Shown: positions 1 to 8,054 of the stretch, in pieces
How the letters are laid out: each line of letters starts with the position of its first letter
Position numbering within the stretch: the stretch's first letter is position 1
Source: Candidatus Altiarchaeales archaeon
Lineage (GTDB): Archaea; Altiarchaeota; Altiarchaeia; IMC4; SCGC-AAA252-I15
Direction of reading: 5' to 3'
DNA: 64,000 nt
Assembly: GCA_014727915.1 (NCBI GenBank)
Contig: WJMO01000006.1
Coordinates: forward strand, 265,882 to 329,881
Notes under the pieces: generated by a model
Told to the model about the DNA's origin: nothing
The model's input: the letters and a program-made list of their open reading frames with translations, nothing else
Databases searched by the model: none
Position numbers and translations under genes: made by a program

Positions 1-341
1 TTTTCTTCAGGAACAACATGAAGGTTAGCAAGGCTAAGGCCGCTTTGAACGAGCTGAAGAACTCCGCGGATTTCGTTTACAGCCAGGGAAGCGGCGCCAA
101 AACCAGGGTTTACGTCACCATCCCCGTGGAGACCAACATCACCATAGAAACCCTTTCAACCGGGACAGGTCAGATACAGGCCGAGGTCCTAGTGAACGGG
201 GAGAGGGAGTACTTTGACGTCTACACCGAGGCTAACCTGAGCGGTAGCCTGCCCGAGAAGGGCGGAAGCTACTGCGTGGACATCGAATGCCTCGGCGAGG
301 TGGTCAGCATAACGAGGAGCAGCGGATCATGCTCAACATAG
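1..341 (+). CDS. pilin-like protein, type A (5' end off-window)
   Basis: The frame is open from nt 3. The ATG at 18 is probably internal, because paralogue 20698..21123 has about 40 more N-terminal aa including the class III signal peptide. Both share the (N/S)SADFVY motif and a similar beta-rich tail. The next pilin-like gene follows after 3 nt. Confidence 0.6.
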   Translation, partial: FFRNNMKVSKAKAALNELKNSADFVYSQGSGAKTRVYVTIPVETNITIETLSTGTGQIQAEVLVNGEREYFDVYTEANLSGSLPEKGGSYCVDIECLGEVVSITRSSGSCST

Positions 342-344
342 CTT

Positions 345-770
345 ATGAACTTGAAGATGAGAGTTAGGGGGCAGGTGACTGTAGAGTACGTTGTGGTTTT
401 CGCCATCCTGATGCTGGTTTTCGTGGTGGCCTTCCACTCCGTGAGCGTGGAGCGGAAGCACGCCTCCCAGATGCTGTGGAGCGTGGACGCCCGGGAGAAC
501 ACCTGGGACCTGGCGGAATCCATAAACGCGGCCGTCATAGGAGGTCCTGGGACCAACATGACCATAACAATGCCTGGGAAGCTAGTGGGGGGAGTGAACT
601 ACACCATAACGGTCTACCCGCGCATGGTCGCGTTGGACATACCCTCCTATAACAGGGAGTTCACGTGGAGGATACTCACCAGCAACATAAACGGGTCTGA
701 CGCTGCGCTGACCCTCCATAAAGGGGAGGTCACAATAATGAACAAAGACGACGTCATATACTTGAGCTAA
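345..770 (+). CDS. pilin-like protein, type B (class III signal peptide)
   Basis: The N-terminus MNLKMRVRGQVTVEYVVVFAILMLVFVV has basic residues, G|Q, E at +5 and a ~20-aa hydrophobic helix. It is a paralogue of 21128..22102 (KRGQVSIEFMIVLGIVLTIFII). Confidence 0.75.
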   Translation: MNLKMRVRGQVTVEYVVVFAILMLVFVVAFHSVSVERKHASQMLWSVDARENTWDLAESINAAVIGGPGTNMTITMPGKLVGGVNYTITVYPRMVALDIPSYNREFTWRILTSNINGSDAALTLHKGEVTIMNKDDVIYLS

Positions 771-771
771 G

Positions 772-1281
772 ATGAAGAGGGGAGCGGCTTTCACGTTGGA
801 CATGATAATAGCGGTGTTCCTGTTCGTGGTCATACTCTTGGGCATCCTCTGGCTGTGGAGCGAGACATACAGGCAGGTCTACTACAGCGGGGACGAGAAC
901 GCCAGGTTCCGAAAGTCGGTTGACGTCTCCGACATACTCGTGAAGTCGGGTGGCACACCCGCCAACTGGTACCTGAACGAGGAGGTGACGACAGCCAACA
1001 CGCATTCCATCGGACTGGCGGAGGAGGAGAACGTGCTGGACCGCGTCAGGATCGACAAGTTCAACGCATCGAACACAACAATACTGAGGACAATACTGGG
1101 ACTGACGAGGGAGACGTTCGAGGTGACCATAACAGCCAACTGGACCACCACGCCGAACCTCCTGTACAATGTGAGCGACTTCAACAGCTCCTCCACCAAG
1201 GTGCACGTGGTGGAGAGGATAGCATTGCTGGACGGGGAGAGGGTCAGGTTGAAGGTCAAGGTGGGGTACGCGAGAAGATGA
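772..1281 (+). CDS. pilin-like protein, type C
   Basis: The N-terminus is MKRGAAFTLDMIIAVFLFVVILLGIL. It shares G(T/D)P(A/L)NW ... (I/F)GLAE ... VLD motifs with 22105..24396. It overlaps the next gene by ATGA. Confidence 0.65.
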   Translation: MKRGAAFTLDMIIAVFLFVVILLGILWLWSETYRQVYYSGDENARFRKSVDVSDILVKSGGTPANWYLNEEVTTANTHSIGLAEEENVLDRVRIDKFNASNTTILRTILGLTRETFEVTITANWTTTPNLLYNVSDFNSSSTKVHVVERIALLDGERVRLKVKVGYARR

Positions 1282-1667
1282 GGAGAGGGTTTGTTGTTTC
1301 GCTGGATGTGATGGCAGCCACCATAATAGCGGTGGTGATGATAGTGGCGACATTGACGCTGCTCACAGAGCCCAGCAAGTACCCGGACGAGTACCTCTAC
1401 AGGTATTCGGTGGACTTCCTGACTGTGGCGACTAAGGAGGGAAGCTTCTCCGACGGCATCTCGGGCAACTGGACCCCCGCGGAGGACCTGTTCGACATGG
1501 CCTCCAGCAACGTATGCTTCAACGTCACGCTGAAAGACCAGGATGAGAGCCTGGTATACAATTACACGAGGCCTTGCAGGAGCCCTGACTATGCGGTTGT
1601 TGGGAAGTACGTGGTGACGGACGGGGGCAGGAACTATCTTTCTGAGATGAGGATGTGGTACAAGTGA
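1278..1667 (+). CDS. pilin-like protein, type D
   Basis: The N-terminus MRRGFVVSLDVMAATIIAVVMIV is almost the same motif as 51806..54448 (MRRGYLVTLDAIISLSFILFLML). The gene lies in a tight operon. Confidence 0.65.
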   Translation: MRRGFVVSLDVMAATIIAVVMIVATLTLLTEPSKYPDEYLYRYSVDFLTVATKEGSFSDGISGNWTPAEDLFDMASSNVCFNVTLKDQDESLVYNYTRPCRSPDYAVVGKYVVTDGGRNYLSEMRMWYK

Positions 1668-2845
1668 GGGAGCGCGGATACCTTTTCACGGCTTTGACGT
1701 TCTTCATGCTAATATCAGTGTTCAGCCTGGCCTACTTCTACCATGGCATAAACGCGGACGGGCGGTACTTCGACGTGACGCCCATGAAGAACCGCGCCAT
1801 AAACGACAACATCGGGGAGAACCTGGAGGAGACCCTCGGCCTGGACATATCAGTCAACAGAAGCGGCAACGTGACCGTGGAGTTCGAAGACTATATACCC
1901 TCATCGTATAATGTCACATACGCGGTCGTGAACTACAGCGACTACGTGAACACAAAATACAAGGCGTCGGTGAACTCCAACATAACATTGGACGTCACCC
2001 AGTTCAACCTCCTGTTCCCAATAGACCCCTACAGCTTCACATACGGGTGGGAGAACGACTTCAAGAGGGGGATACTAGCCTATAACACGTCATCCGACAC
2101 TTCAACTTTCATAGGGTACGACATAGTCGCAACGTTCGCCGACGACCGCATATACGATGTGATGTGGTTGGAGGGGGAGAACCTCACCGGCGGAGGGGAC
2201 AACACAGCGAGCGGGAGCGCATCAGGCGGATACTACAAGAGCGGGATAGCAGAGCCGGACGTGTTGACGAGGACCGTGACCTCGCCACTGACAACCAATT
2301 ACACGTTGTGGGTGAGGAGCCTGGACAACCAGTCCACCGACCACCAGTTCATAGTCGGCGTCGGCGGGGTGAACTCGTCCTCCAACTTCGGGGAGCACAC
2401 CGCGGGCGGGTGGGCGTACGGGTGGGAGATGGGAGACAACTTCACCGTGACAGCCGGGCCGTTGGACGTTAAGGTCTATGGGCTGGCTAGCAACACGGCG
2501 GCGGTGGACGTCATCATGCTCGCCTCCGACCCTGACGTTGACCCAAACGACTACGGCGGCTTCGGGAGGCCGCCTGACACTCTGGAGGCCGGGGCGGACA
2601 CTGGAGACCTGGACTTCACGTTCCACATTGAATTCGACAACCTCAAATACTCCTACGCAGGGGACCTGAACAAATCGGGGGAGAGCACGTTCAACTTCAC
2701 CTTCAAAGACAACGACAGCGTCAGGTTCACCATAGGAAAGTACGTGCACGATGGTTTGAGGACCGAGTCTTACAGGGCGAGGTTGAACAACAGCAGGAGC
2801 GGCAGCAGGGGAACGGTCAAGACGATGATGAGGTTCGAAACATAG
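1655..2845 (+). CDS. pilin-like protein, type E, with lectin (CBM6/35-like) domain
   Basis: The N-terminus is RERGYLFTALTFFMLISVFSLAY. Around 2158..2535 the pattern WLEGENL..SGGYY..NYTLWVRS..GWAYGW..VDVIML matches the (I/W)LEAE...SGG...Y.l.vR...W.W...D.i.l pattern of CBM6/35-type sugar-binding jelly rolls. Confidence 0.6.
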   Translation: MVQVRERGYLFTALTFFMLISVFSLAYFYHGINADGRYFDVTPMKNRAINDNIGENLEETLGLDISVNRSGNVTVEFEDYIPSSYNVTYAVVNYSDYVNTKYKASVNSNITLDVTQFNLLFPIDPYSFTYGWENDFKRGILAYNTSSDTSTFIGYDIVATFADDRIYDVMWLEGENLTGGGDNTASGSASGGYYKSGIAEPDVLTRTVTSPLTTNYTLWVRSLDNQSTDHQFIVGVGGVNSSSNFGEHTAGGWAYGWEMGDNFTVTAGPLDVKVYGLASNTAAVDVIMLASDPDVDPNDYGGFGRPPDTLEAGADTGDLDFTFHIEFDNLKYSYAGDLNKSGESTFNFTFKDNDSVRFTIGKYVHDGLRTESYRARLNNSRSGSRGTVKTMMRFET

Positions 2846-2849
2846 AAGG

Positions 2850-3833
2850 ATGAAAGTCAAGGTTTTCGCATTGGTTGTGGTGTTGGCGTGGTTGGCAGCG
2901 TCCATCAGCCAGGAGCAGACGGGGTCCTGCGTGCACCCCAAGAACTCCCCTGACAACCACATAACATGCAGTCTAGGATCGGGGGCGGGGACCGGCAACC
3001 TGCTGGTCACGGCCATATCAACCTCAGGAGACAGCGGACCATACAGCCCGCCCCCTGGATTCACGGTGGTAGACGACTACTCCGGGTCTAAGGTCTCCTG
3101 TGCCCTGGCCTACAAGGTAGCGGACGGGGGGGAGGACGAGTTCACCTGGAACTATGAGGGCAGCGAGATGTCGGTCGCGTGGGTGGGGGAATACAGCGGC
3201 ATGAAGGGAGCCAACCCATTGGACGAGCACAGCGAGAACGACAGCCGGGAGGGGACGGTCTCGTCCCTTGCCAGCGGGACCACCGGAGAAACGATAGTCG
3301 GGGACGAGCTCGCCATCGCAGCATTCGGCATAGGCAGCGGCAGCAAGGGAACAGGCAGGATATGGTCGGACAGCTTCACAGAAGATGAGTATGTAACGGG
3401 CGACAAGTCACCGGGCCTGGCGGTGGGGGAGAGGATACTTACAGACAGGGGACGGTTCCTGACGACGTTGACGTGGAGCCAGCCCGAAAGGGCCTGCGCT
3501 TCTATAGCGACTTTCAAAGCGGACGTTCCTGTCTGCGGGGAGTACGGGTGCGAGCCCGGCGAGGACTACATGAGCTGCCCTGTGGACTGCTGCGAACGGG
3601 ACTGCACGGGAAGGCAGGACAGCATATGCCGCATGGAGTGCATGGGATACAGCGGCTGCGGTCTGGTAAGCATCGAATGCGAGGGGAGCGTGTTCGGGCA
3701 GTGCGAGAGCCCGCTGAAGGAGTGCAGCGGGTGCAGGTGCAAGGTGGGAGAAGTAAGGGTGAACACCAACATACACCTTACCATAGGGGGAGCCTGGAGC
3801 AAGAGTGGCGTGGTATGGCTGGCACGCGGATGA
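2850..3833 (+). CDS. secreted Cys-rich protein
   Basis: The protein has a Sec-type signal peptide (MKVKVFALVVVLAWLAASISQ). The C-terminal ~90 aa contain more than 20 Cys, including VCGEYGCEPGEDYMSCPVDC, which fits the CG.G.C..GE....CP.DC motif common in archaeal surface proteins. Confidence 0.7.
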   Translation: MKVKVFALVVVLAWLAASISQEQTGSCVHPKNSPDNHITCSLGSGAGTGNLLVTAISTSGDSGPYSPPPGFTVVDDYSGSKVSCALAYKVADGGEDEFTWNYEGSEMSVAWVGEYSGMKGANPLDEHSENDSREGTVSSLASGTTGETIVGDELAIAAFGIGSGSKGTGRIWSDSFTEDEYVTGDKSPGLAVGERILTDRGRFLTTLTWSQPERACASIATFKADVPVCGEYGCEPGEDYMSCPVDCCERDCTGRQDSICRMECMGYSGCGLVSIECEGSVFGQCESPLKECSGCRCKVGEVRVNTNIHLTIGGAWSKSGVVWLARG

Positions 3834-3863
3834 AACCCCCAAACTGTCTTGAAGGATGTTCAA

Positions 3864-3874
3864 ATAATTTAAAA
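3864..3874 (+). promoter_or_regulatory. TATA-like box upstream of 3897
   Basis: The sequence ataatttaaaa is centred about 28 nt upstream of the ATG at 3897, which would give a leaderless or short-leader transcript. The same taatttaaa core is present at 20674 and 46135. Confidence 0.35.
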
Positions 3875-3896
3875 TAAATCGTTCGTATATTGTTCT

Positions 3897-4274
3897 ATGA
3901 CTACTGTGTCCAAGGAGAGGGTTGTGAGCCTCCAACTGAGGGACAGGAGCCTCATCGACACCGCAGAGATAAGGATAGACCAGGACCGGAACGTGAGACT
4001 GGACATAACAGGCACGGAAGGTCTGGAGCCTCAGATTATGCGTTTCGGGGACAACGCCAATTCTAGGGAGATCTGGTCGGCGCTCCCGGAGCCCGCGCGC
4101 GACGAGCTGGGAAGGGCCATAGCCAAGGCGGAGCAAAGCTACAGGGGAGGGGTGCCAGGCCTTGAACTCGAACAATACGGCACAAAAGCAGTGGGTCGTT
4201 GGATTTCTGGCGGCGGGAACTCCCAGATAGGATTGAGCGTTATGACCGACTCGAAGATGGTCGAGAGCGAATAA
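3897..4274 (+). CDS. hypothetical cytoplasmic protein upstream of pilus ATPase
   Basis: This 125-aa ORF is the only ORF filling the gap. It has no TM segment and no recognisable motif. It has its own TATA-like box. Confidence 0.5.
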   Translation: MTTVSKERVVSLQLRDRSLIDTAEIRIDQDRNVRLDITGTEGLEPQIMRFGDNANSREIWSALPEPARDELGRAIAKAEQSYRGGVPGLELEQYGTKAVGRWISGGGNSQIGLSVMTDSKMVESE

Positions 4275-4287
4275 CGTTCACAGATGA

Positions 4288-4295
4288 TTTTATAA
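4288..4295 (+). promoter_or_regulatory. TATA-like box upstream of ATPase gene
   Basis: The sequence ttttataa is centred about 29 nt upstream of the ATG at 4321. Confidence 0.35.
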
Positions 4296-4320
4296 CTCCC
4301 TAGTTCAATGCATATATGGG

Positions 4321-6060
4321 ATGGTGGACATCAGAACGCACGTCGACGTACTATTGGACGCTGTCAGGCGTGATGGGGTGGTGGACTTGGACAAGCTCAC
4401 CAAGGAGGTGGGCGAGGACAAGAAGAAGATAAACAACTGGCTCAAACAGTTGGAGAGCGTATTGCACGTAGACTACAGCATAAACCTCCTGAAGAAGCCC
4501 AGCGTGAAAGACAAGGAATTGGAGCGCAAGTACGTGCCGAGCATAAGGGTGGATGTCAAAGGGGAGAAGATCGAGTCCTACAAAATCACCGTTGACGGCG
4601 TGCCTTCCGAGGTAAGCATACTGGACGTCAAAGGAGACGTGATGCGAACCTACAACGTCGACCTGCCAAGGATAGGGGACGGGACCCACGCCCTATTGGA
4701 CAATGTGGTCAAAGAGCTCGCAGTCAAAGCCAGCATCAAGGTCGAGGAGATAGCGGACCCGAAGAAGGCCGCGGGCGTGAAGGAACGGTTCAGGGAGCAG
4801 GCTAAAGCCAGGATACTCGAGGAGATGCCGGTCACAGAGGAACAGAGCAAAATGCTCGCAGGCATCGTATTGCACAGGGTCTACGGCCTGGGAGACCTGG
4901 AGATGATACTCGGCGACGACATGATAGAGGAGATCTGCGTCAACAGCAGCGGACTCCCGATAGTAGTCTACCAGCGGAAGCACGGCTGGCTCAAATCCAA
5001 CATCATACTCCCAGAGGAGAAGGACATATTCGACTACGCCTCGCAGATCGGGCGGAGGGTCGGGAAGGACATAACCAACCTCAACCCTCTCATGGACGCC
5101 CGGCTCATATCAGGGGACCGGGTGGTAGCGTCCATGTTCCCAATATCATCCCAGGGCAACACGATAACCATAAGGAAGTTCGCCCGGGACCCTTGGACTG
5201 TCGTGGACTTCATGAGCCCCGAATACAACACCATCTCCCCCCAGATCGCATCGTTCCTGTGGCTGTGCATACAATACGAGCTGAGCGTCCTCGTAGCCGG
5301 GGGAACGGCCTCGGGGAAGACGAGCATGCTGAACAGCCTCTGCGCATTCATACCCCCCGGGCAGAGGGTTGTGAGCATAGAGGACACGAGAGAGATACAA
5401 TTGCCATCACACCTCCACCTCAACTGGATACAACTGACCACTAGAGAGCCTAACCCCGATGGCCTGGGCGGTGTTACCATGCTCGACCTCATACTGTCCT
5501 CGCTGAGGATGCGGCCGGACAGGATAATCGTCGGGGAGATAAGGGACCGGAACGAGGCTGAGGTATTGTTCGAGGCCATGCACACCGGCCACAGCGTATA
5601 CTCTACCATGCACGCGGACACATGCCAGCACGTCAGACGCAGGGTTACAGAACCCCCCATACAGATACCGGAGGCGGAATTGGAGGCGTTGCAGGTGATA
5701 ATGACCCAGTACCGTGACCGCCTTCACGGGATAAGGAGGACCTTCGAAGTGGCGGAGGTCGTGCCAGGCACCAGGGAGCGGAGGCTGGAGCTGAAATACC
5801 TGTACAGGTGGAGGGTAAAGACGGACACGTTCGACAGGATAGACAAGAGCAGCAGAGTCGCCAACGACCTCAACCTATACACTGGGTTGAGCGCGAAGGA
5901 GATAGAGGAGGACCTGAAGGAGAAGGAGAGCGTGCTACAGTGGCTGCTTGACAACAGCATAAACAAGATGAACGACATAGGCCGGGTGATGAACATGTAC
6001 TACACCGAACACGACGAGCTCATCACCGCAGTAGAGGGTGGCAAGGAGCTGGGAGAATAG
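4321..6060 (+). CDS. type IV filament assembly ATPase (GspE/VirB11/FlaI-PilB superfamily)
   Basis: Motifs present are Walker A AGGTASGKTS, Asp box VVSIEDTREIQL, Walker B RPDRIIVGEIRD and His box GHSVYSTMHA. There is a ~190-aa N-terminal extension. Confidence 0.95.
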   Translation: MVDIRTHVDVLLDAVRRDGVVDLDKLTKEVGEDKKKINNWLKQLESVLHVDYSINLLKKPSVKDKELERKYVPSIRVDVKGEKIESYKITVDGVPSEVSILDVKGDVMRTYNVDLPRIGDGTHALLDNVVKELAVKASIKVEEIADPKKAAGVKERFREQAKARILEEMPVTEEQSKMLAGIVLHRVYGLGDLEMILGDDMIEEICVNSSGLPIVVYQRKHGWLKSNIILPEEKDIFDYASQIGRRVGKDITNLNPLMDARLISGDRVVASMFPISSQGNTITIRKFARDPWTVVDFMSPEYNTISPQIASFLWLCIQYELSVLVAGGTASGKTSMLNSLCAFIPPGQRVVSIEDTREIQLPSHLHLNWIQLTTREPNPDGLGGVTMLDLILSSLRMRPDRIIVGEIRDRNEAEVLFEAMHTGHSVYSTMHADTCQHVRRRVTEPPIQIPEAELEALQVIMTQYRDRLHGIRRTFEVAEVVPGTRERRLELKYLYRWRVKTDTFDRIDKSSRVANDLNLYTGLSAKEIEEDLKEKESVLQWLLDNSINKMNDIGRVMNMYYTEHDELITAVEGGKELGE

Positions 6061-6063
6061 GGT

Positions 6064-6951
6064 ATGAGAGTCTATGCCATGATACTCCCCCAGGAGGCGG
6101 GGAGGAAGCTGGGACGGCGTCTGGAGGACTTCGGAATCTTCCTCACAGAGTTCATGCCCGAGCTGAAGAGCGACATAGTCTACTCTTCCATCGACATGAC
6201 CGCCGAAGAGTACATGGTATCGTCGGTCGCGTCAGCCCTCCTCCTCGGCGCGCTGATGTTCACGTTCACATACATCCCGGTGTCGGTGTTGGAGCTCGCT
6301 CCAGGAAACGAAATGCTCTTCTCAGGGGTGCCGGCACTGGTCGTGATGGGCCTGGACTTCTTCGTCCTGTTGAGATACCCGAAGATACTATCCTTCAAAC
6401 GGGCAGAACTAGTCGACAGAGACCTCGTCTACGCGTTGAAGGACCTCCTTCTGAACATAAGCGCGGGCCTGAGCCTATTCGAGAGCATAAAGAAGATATC
6501 AGACGCCGACTACGGTTTCGTCTCAAGGGACATGAAGACTGTCGTGGAGAACACCAAACAGGGCATGCCATTGGACGACGCCCTCGAAGACCTAGCGTTG
6601 AAGACATCCAGCGAGCACATGAGAAACGCCCTATGGCAGACCATCAACGCCGTAAAAGCAGGGGCCAGCGTCAAAGACGCCCTGGCAGGCATCATAGACG
6701 CGCTTATGAGAGAGCAGAAGAGGAAGATAATGAACTACATACAGGAGCTGAACGTGCTCTCCATGATATACATGCTGTTCGCCGTGGCAGTCCCCACCAT
6801 CATAACAACGGTGCTGGTCGTGCTCACGTCCCTGATGGGAACAGGAGTGGACGAGAACATATACATGTTCGTCATCGGAATATGCATACTGGTCCAGATT
6901 TTCCTAGTGGGCTTCATAAAGAGCAGGCGGCCAGTTGTGACCGTCCTCTAA
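6064..6951 (+). CDS. pilus platform membrane protein, single T2SSF domain (TadB/TadC- or EpdJ/K-like)
   Basis: The 295-aa protein has N-terminal TMs, a cytoplasmic helical domain (..DLVYALKDLLLNISAGLSLFESIKKIS..GMPLDDALEDLA..) and C-terminal TMs. It lies directly after the ATPase gene. Confidence 0.85.
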   Translation: MRVYAMILPQEAGRKLGRRLEDFGIFLTEFMPELKSDIVYSSIDMTAEEYMVSSVASALLLGALMFTFTYIPVSVLELAPGNEMLFSGVPALVVMGLDFFVLLRYPKILSFKRAELVDRDLVYALKDLLLNISAGLSLFESIKKISDADYGFVSRDMKTVVENTKQGMPLDDALEDLALKTSSEHMRNALWQTINAVKAGASVKDALAGIIDALMREQKRKIMNYIQELNVLSMIYMLFAVAVPTIITTVLVVLTSLMGTGVDENIYMFVIGICILVQIFLVGFIKSRRPVVTVL

Positions 6952-7268
6952 GCCTCCGGCTTCCCGAAGAGGTTGGGGCTGCGCGGCTTCTTGTATCCCC
7001 GGTCGTGCACACGATAGGAGTCCTCGCCCAAACCCAGAATGCTTACCAGCTCGGACCTGGCGACTAGGAACCGGCTATGACCGAGGAAAGTTGATAGGTA
7101 GTTGGCAGTCAATCCCGTCATCAGCTTCTCCTTCTCTTCGGCGGTCATGTGCTCCACGTCGGTTATGTTCATCTTCTTAAGCTCGTTGACGAGTATCAAA
7201 GCCCCAGACCTCCCAGACCACTTTATCATGAAATCCAAAAGCTGCTTGCCTATCGCATGCGAAGCCAT
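6948..7268 (-). CDS. hypothetical 106-aa protein coupled to KaiC-like ATPase
   Basis: This is the only plausible ORF in the gap. Its ATG lies 4 nt after the KaiC-like stop (tgataatATG). The protein is soluble and Lys-rich, and I recognise no family. Confidence 0.5.
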   Translation of the reverse strand: MASHAIGKQLLDFMIKWSGRSGALILVNELKKMNITDVEHMTAEEKEKLMTGLTANYLSTFLGHSRFLVARSELVSILGLGEDSYRVHDRGYKKPRSPNLFGKPEA

Positions 7269-7272
7269 ATTA

Positions 7273-7980
7273 TCACTTGTACATCACCTTAAGCCCGTTG
7301 GAGGATATGTCATAGTCCACGAAGTTCTTCACATGGTCCGACCCCCGCATCTTATGGACCTTTATCTGCCGCCCCCACTCCTCAGTCATCTTCAGCAACG
7401 TGACGGAGTCCGAGAGGAAGTCCTCCATCCCGAACCTGCTTATGTCATCAGACGCATAGCTTATCTCGGTTGTGAAAAGGGTGGTCGCGCCCATCTTCTT
7501 CAACGCCATCATGAACCTGAACAGCTCCGACCTGAATATCTGCTCGTCATGGTAGGCGATGGCAAGTGGAACGATGCTGTCCAACCCCACCCTTACGCAG
7601 TCGCTGTAGTTAATCTTTATGAACTCGAACAGGTTGTCCAGCCTCAGGGGGCTCTCCTCGCTCTCCAGCTCGTCCTGGGTTGATATTACATTGGCCCTCA
7701 ACGAGGACATGTCGCATAGTGCGAGCATCTCCTCACCGACCGAGTCCAGATCCAAGCCGATCGTCTTGCAGTCACGCTTGATCTGGGACATGGTCTCCTC
7801 AAGGGTTATGTAGACCGCCTTCTGACCGAACTTCTCCGCGCCGTTCAATAGATAGGACAGGGTGAAGAGGGTCTTGCCGGACCCGCTGCAACCCGCTATC
7901 AGGTTTATGCTCTCAGGTATGTAGCCGCCGCCGAGCAGATTATCATAGCCTTCGATGCCTGTCTTAATCCTGTCACTCAT
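7273..7980 (-). CDS. KaiC/RecA-superfamily single-domain ATPase (FlaH/ArlH-sized)
   Basis: Starting at M29 of the track ORF gives MSDRIKTGIEGYDNLLGGGYIPESINLIAGCSGSGKTLF (Walker A). The Walker B candidate is VRVGLDSIV. A GGTGAT Shine-Dalgarno-like sequence lies just upstream of the ATG at 7980. The product is 236 aa. Confidence 0.85.
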   Translation of the reverse strand: MSDRIKTGIEGYDNLLGGGYIPESINLIAGCSGSGKTLFTLSYLLNGAEKFGQKAVYITLEETMSQIKRDCKTIGLDLDSVGEEMLALCDMSSLRANVISTQDELESEESPLRLDNLFEFIKINYSDCVRVGLDSIVPLAIAYHDEQIFRSELFRFMMALKKMGATTLFTTEISYASDDISRFGMEDFLSDSVTLLKMTEEWGRQIKVHKMRGSDHVKNFVDYDISSNGLKVMYK

Positions 7981-8054
7981 GAGATCACCTTTTGCCAGGT
8001 AACATATTAAGCGGCTATTATAAAAGATGGGTAATATACATAAGATAATCGAAG
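7981..8054. promoter_or_regulatory. divergent promoter region
   Basis: This AT-rich 74-nt spacer carries attataaaag (8017..8026) about 34 nt upstream of the ATG at 8055. On the other strand ttaatatgtt lies about 25 nt from the start at 7980. Confidence 0.35.
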
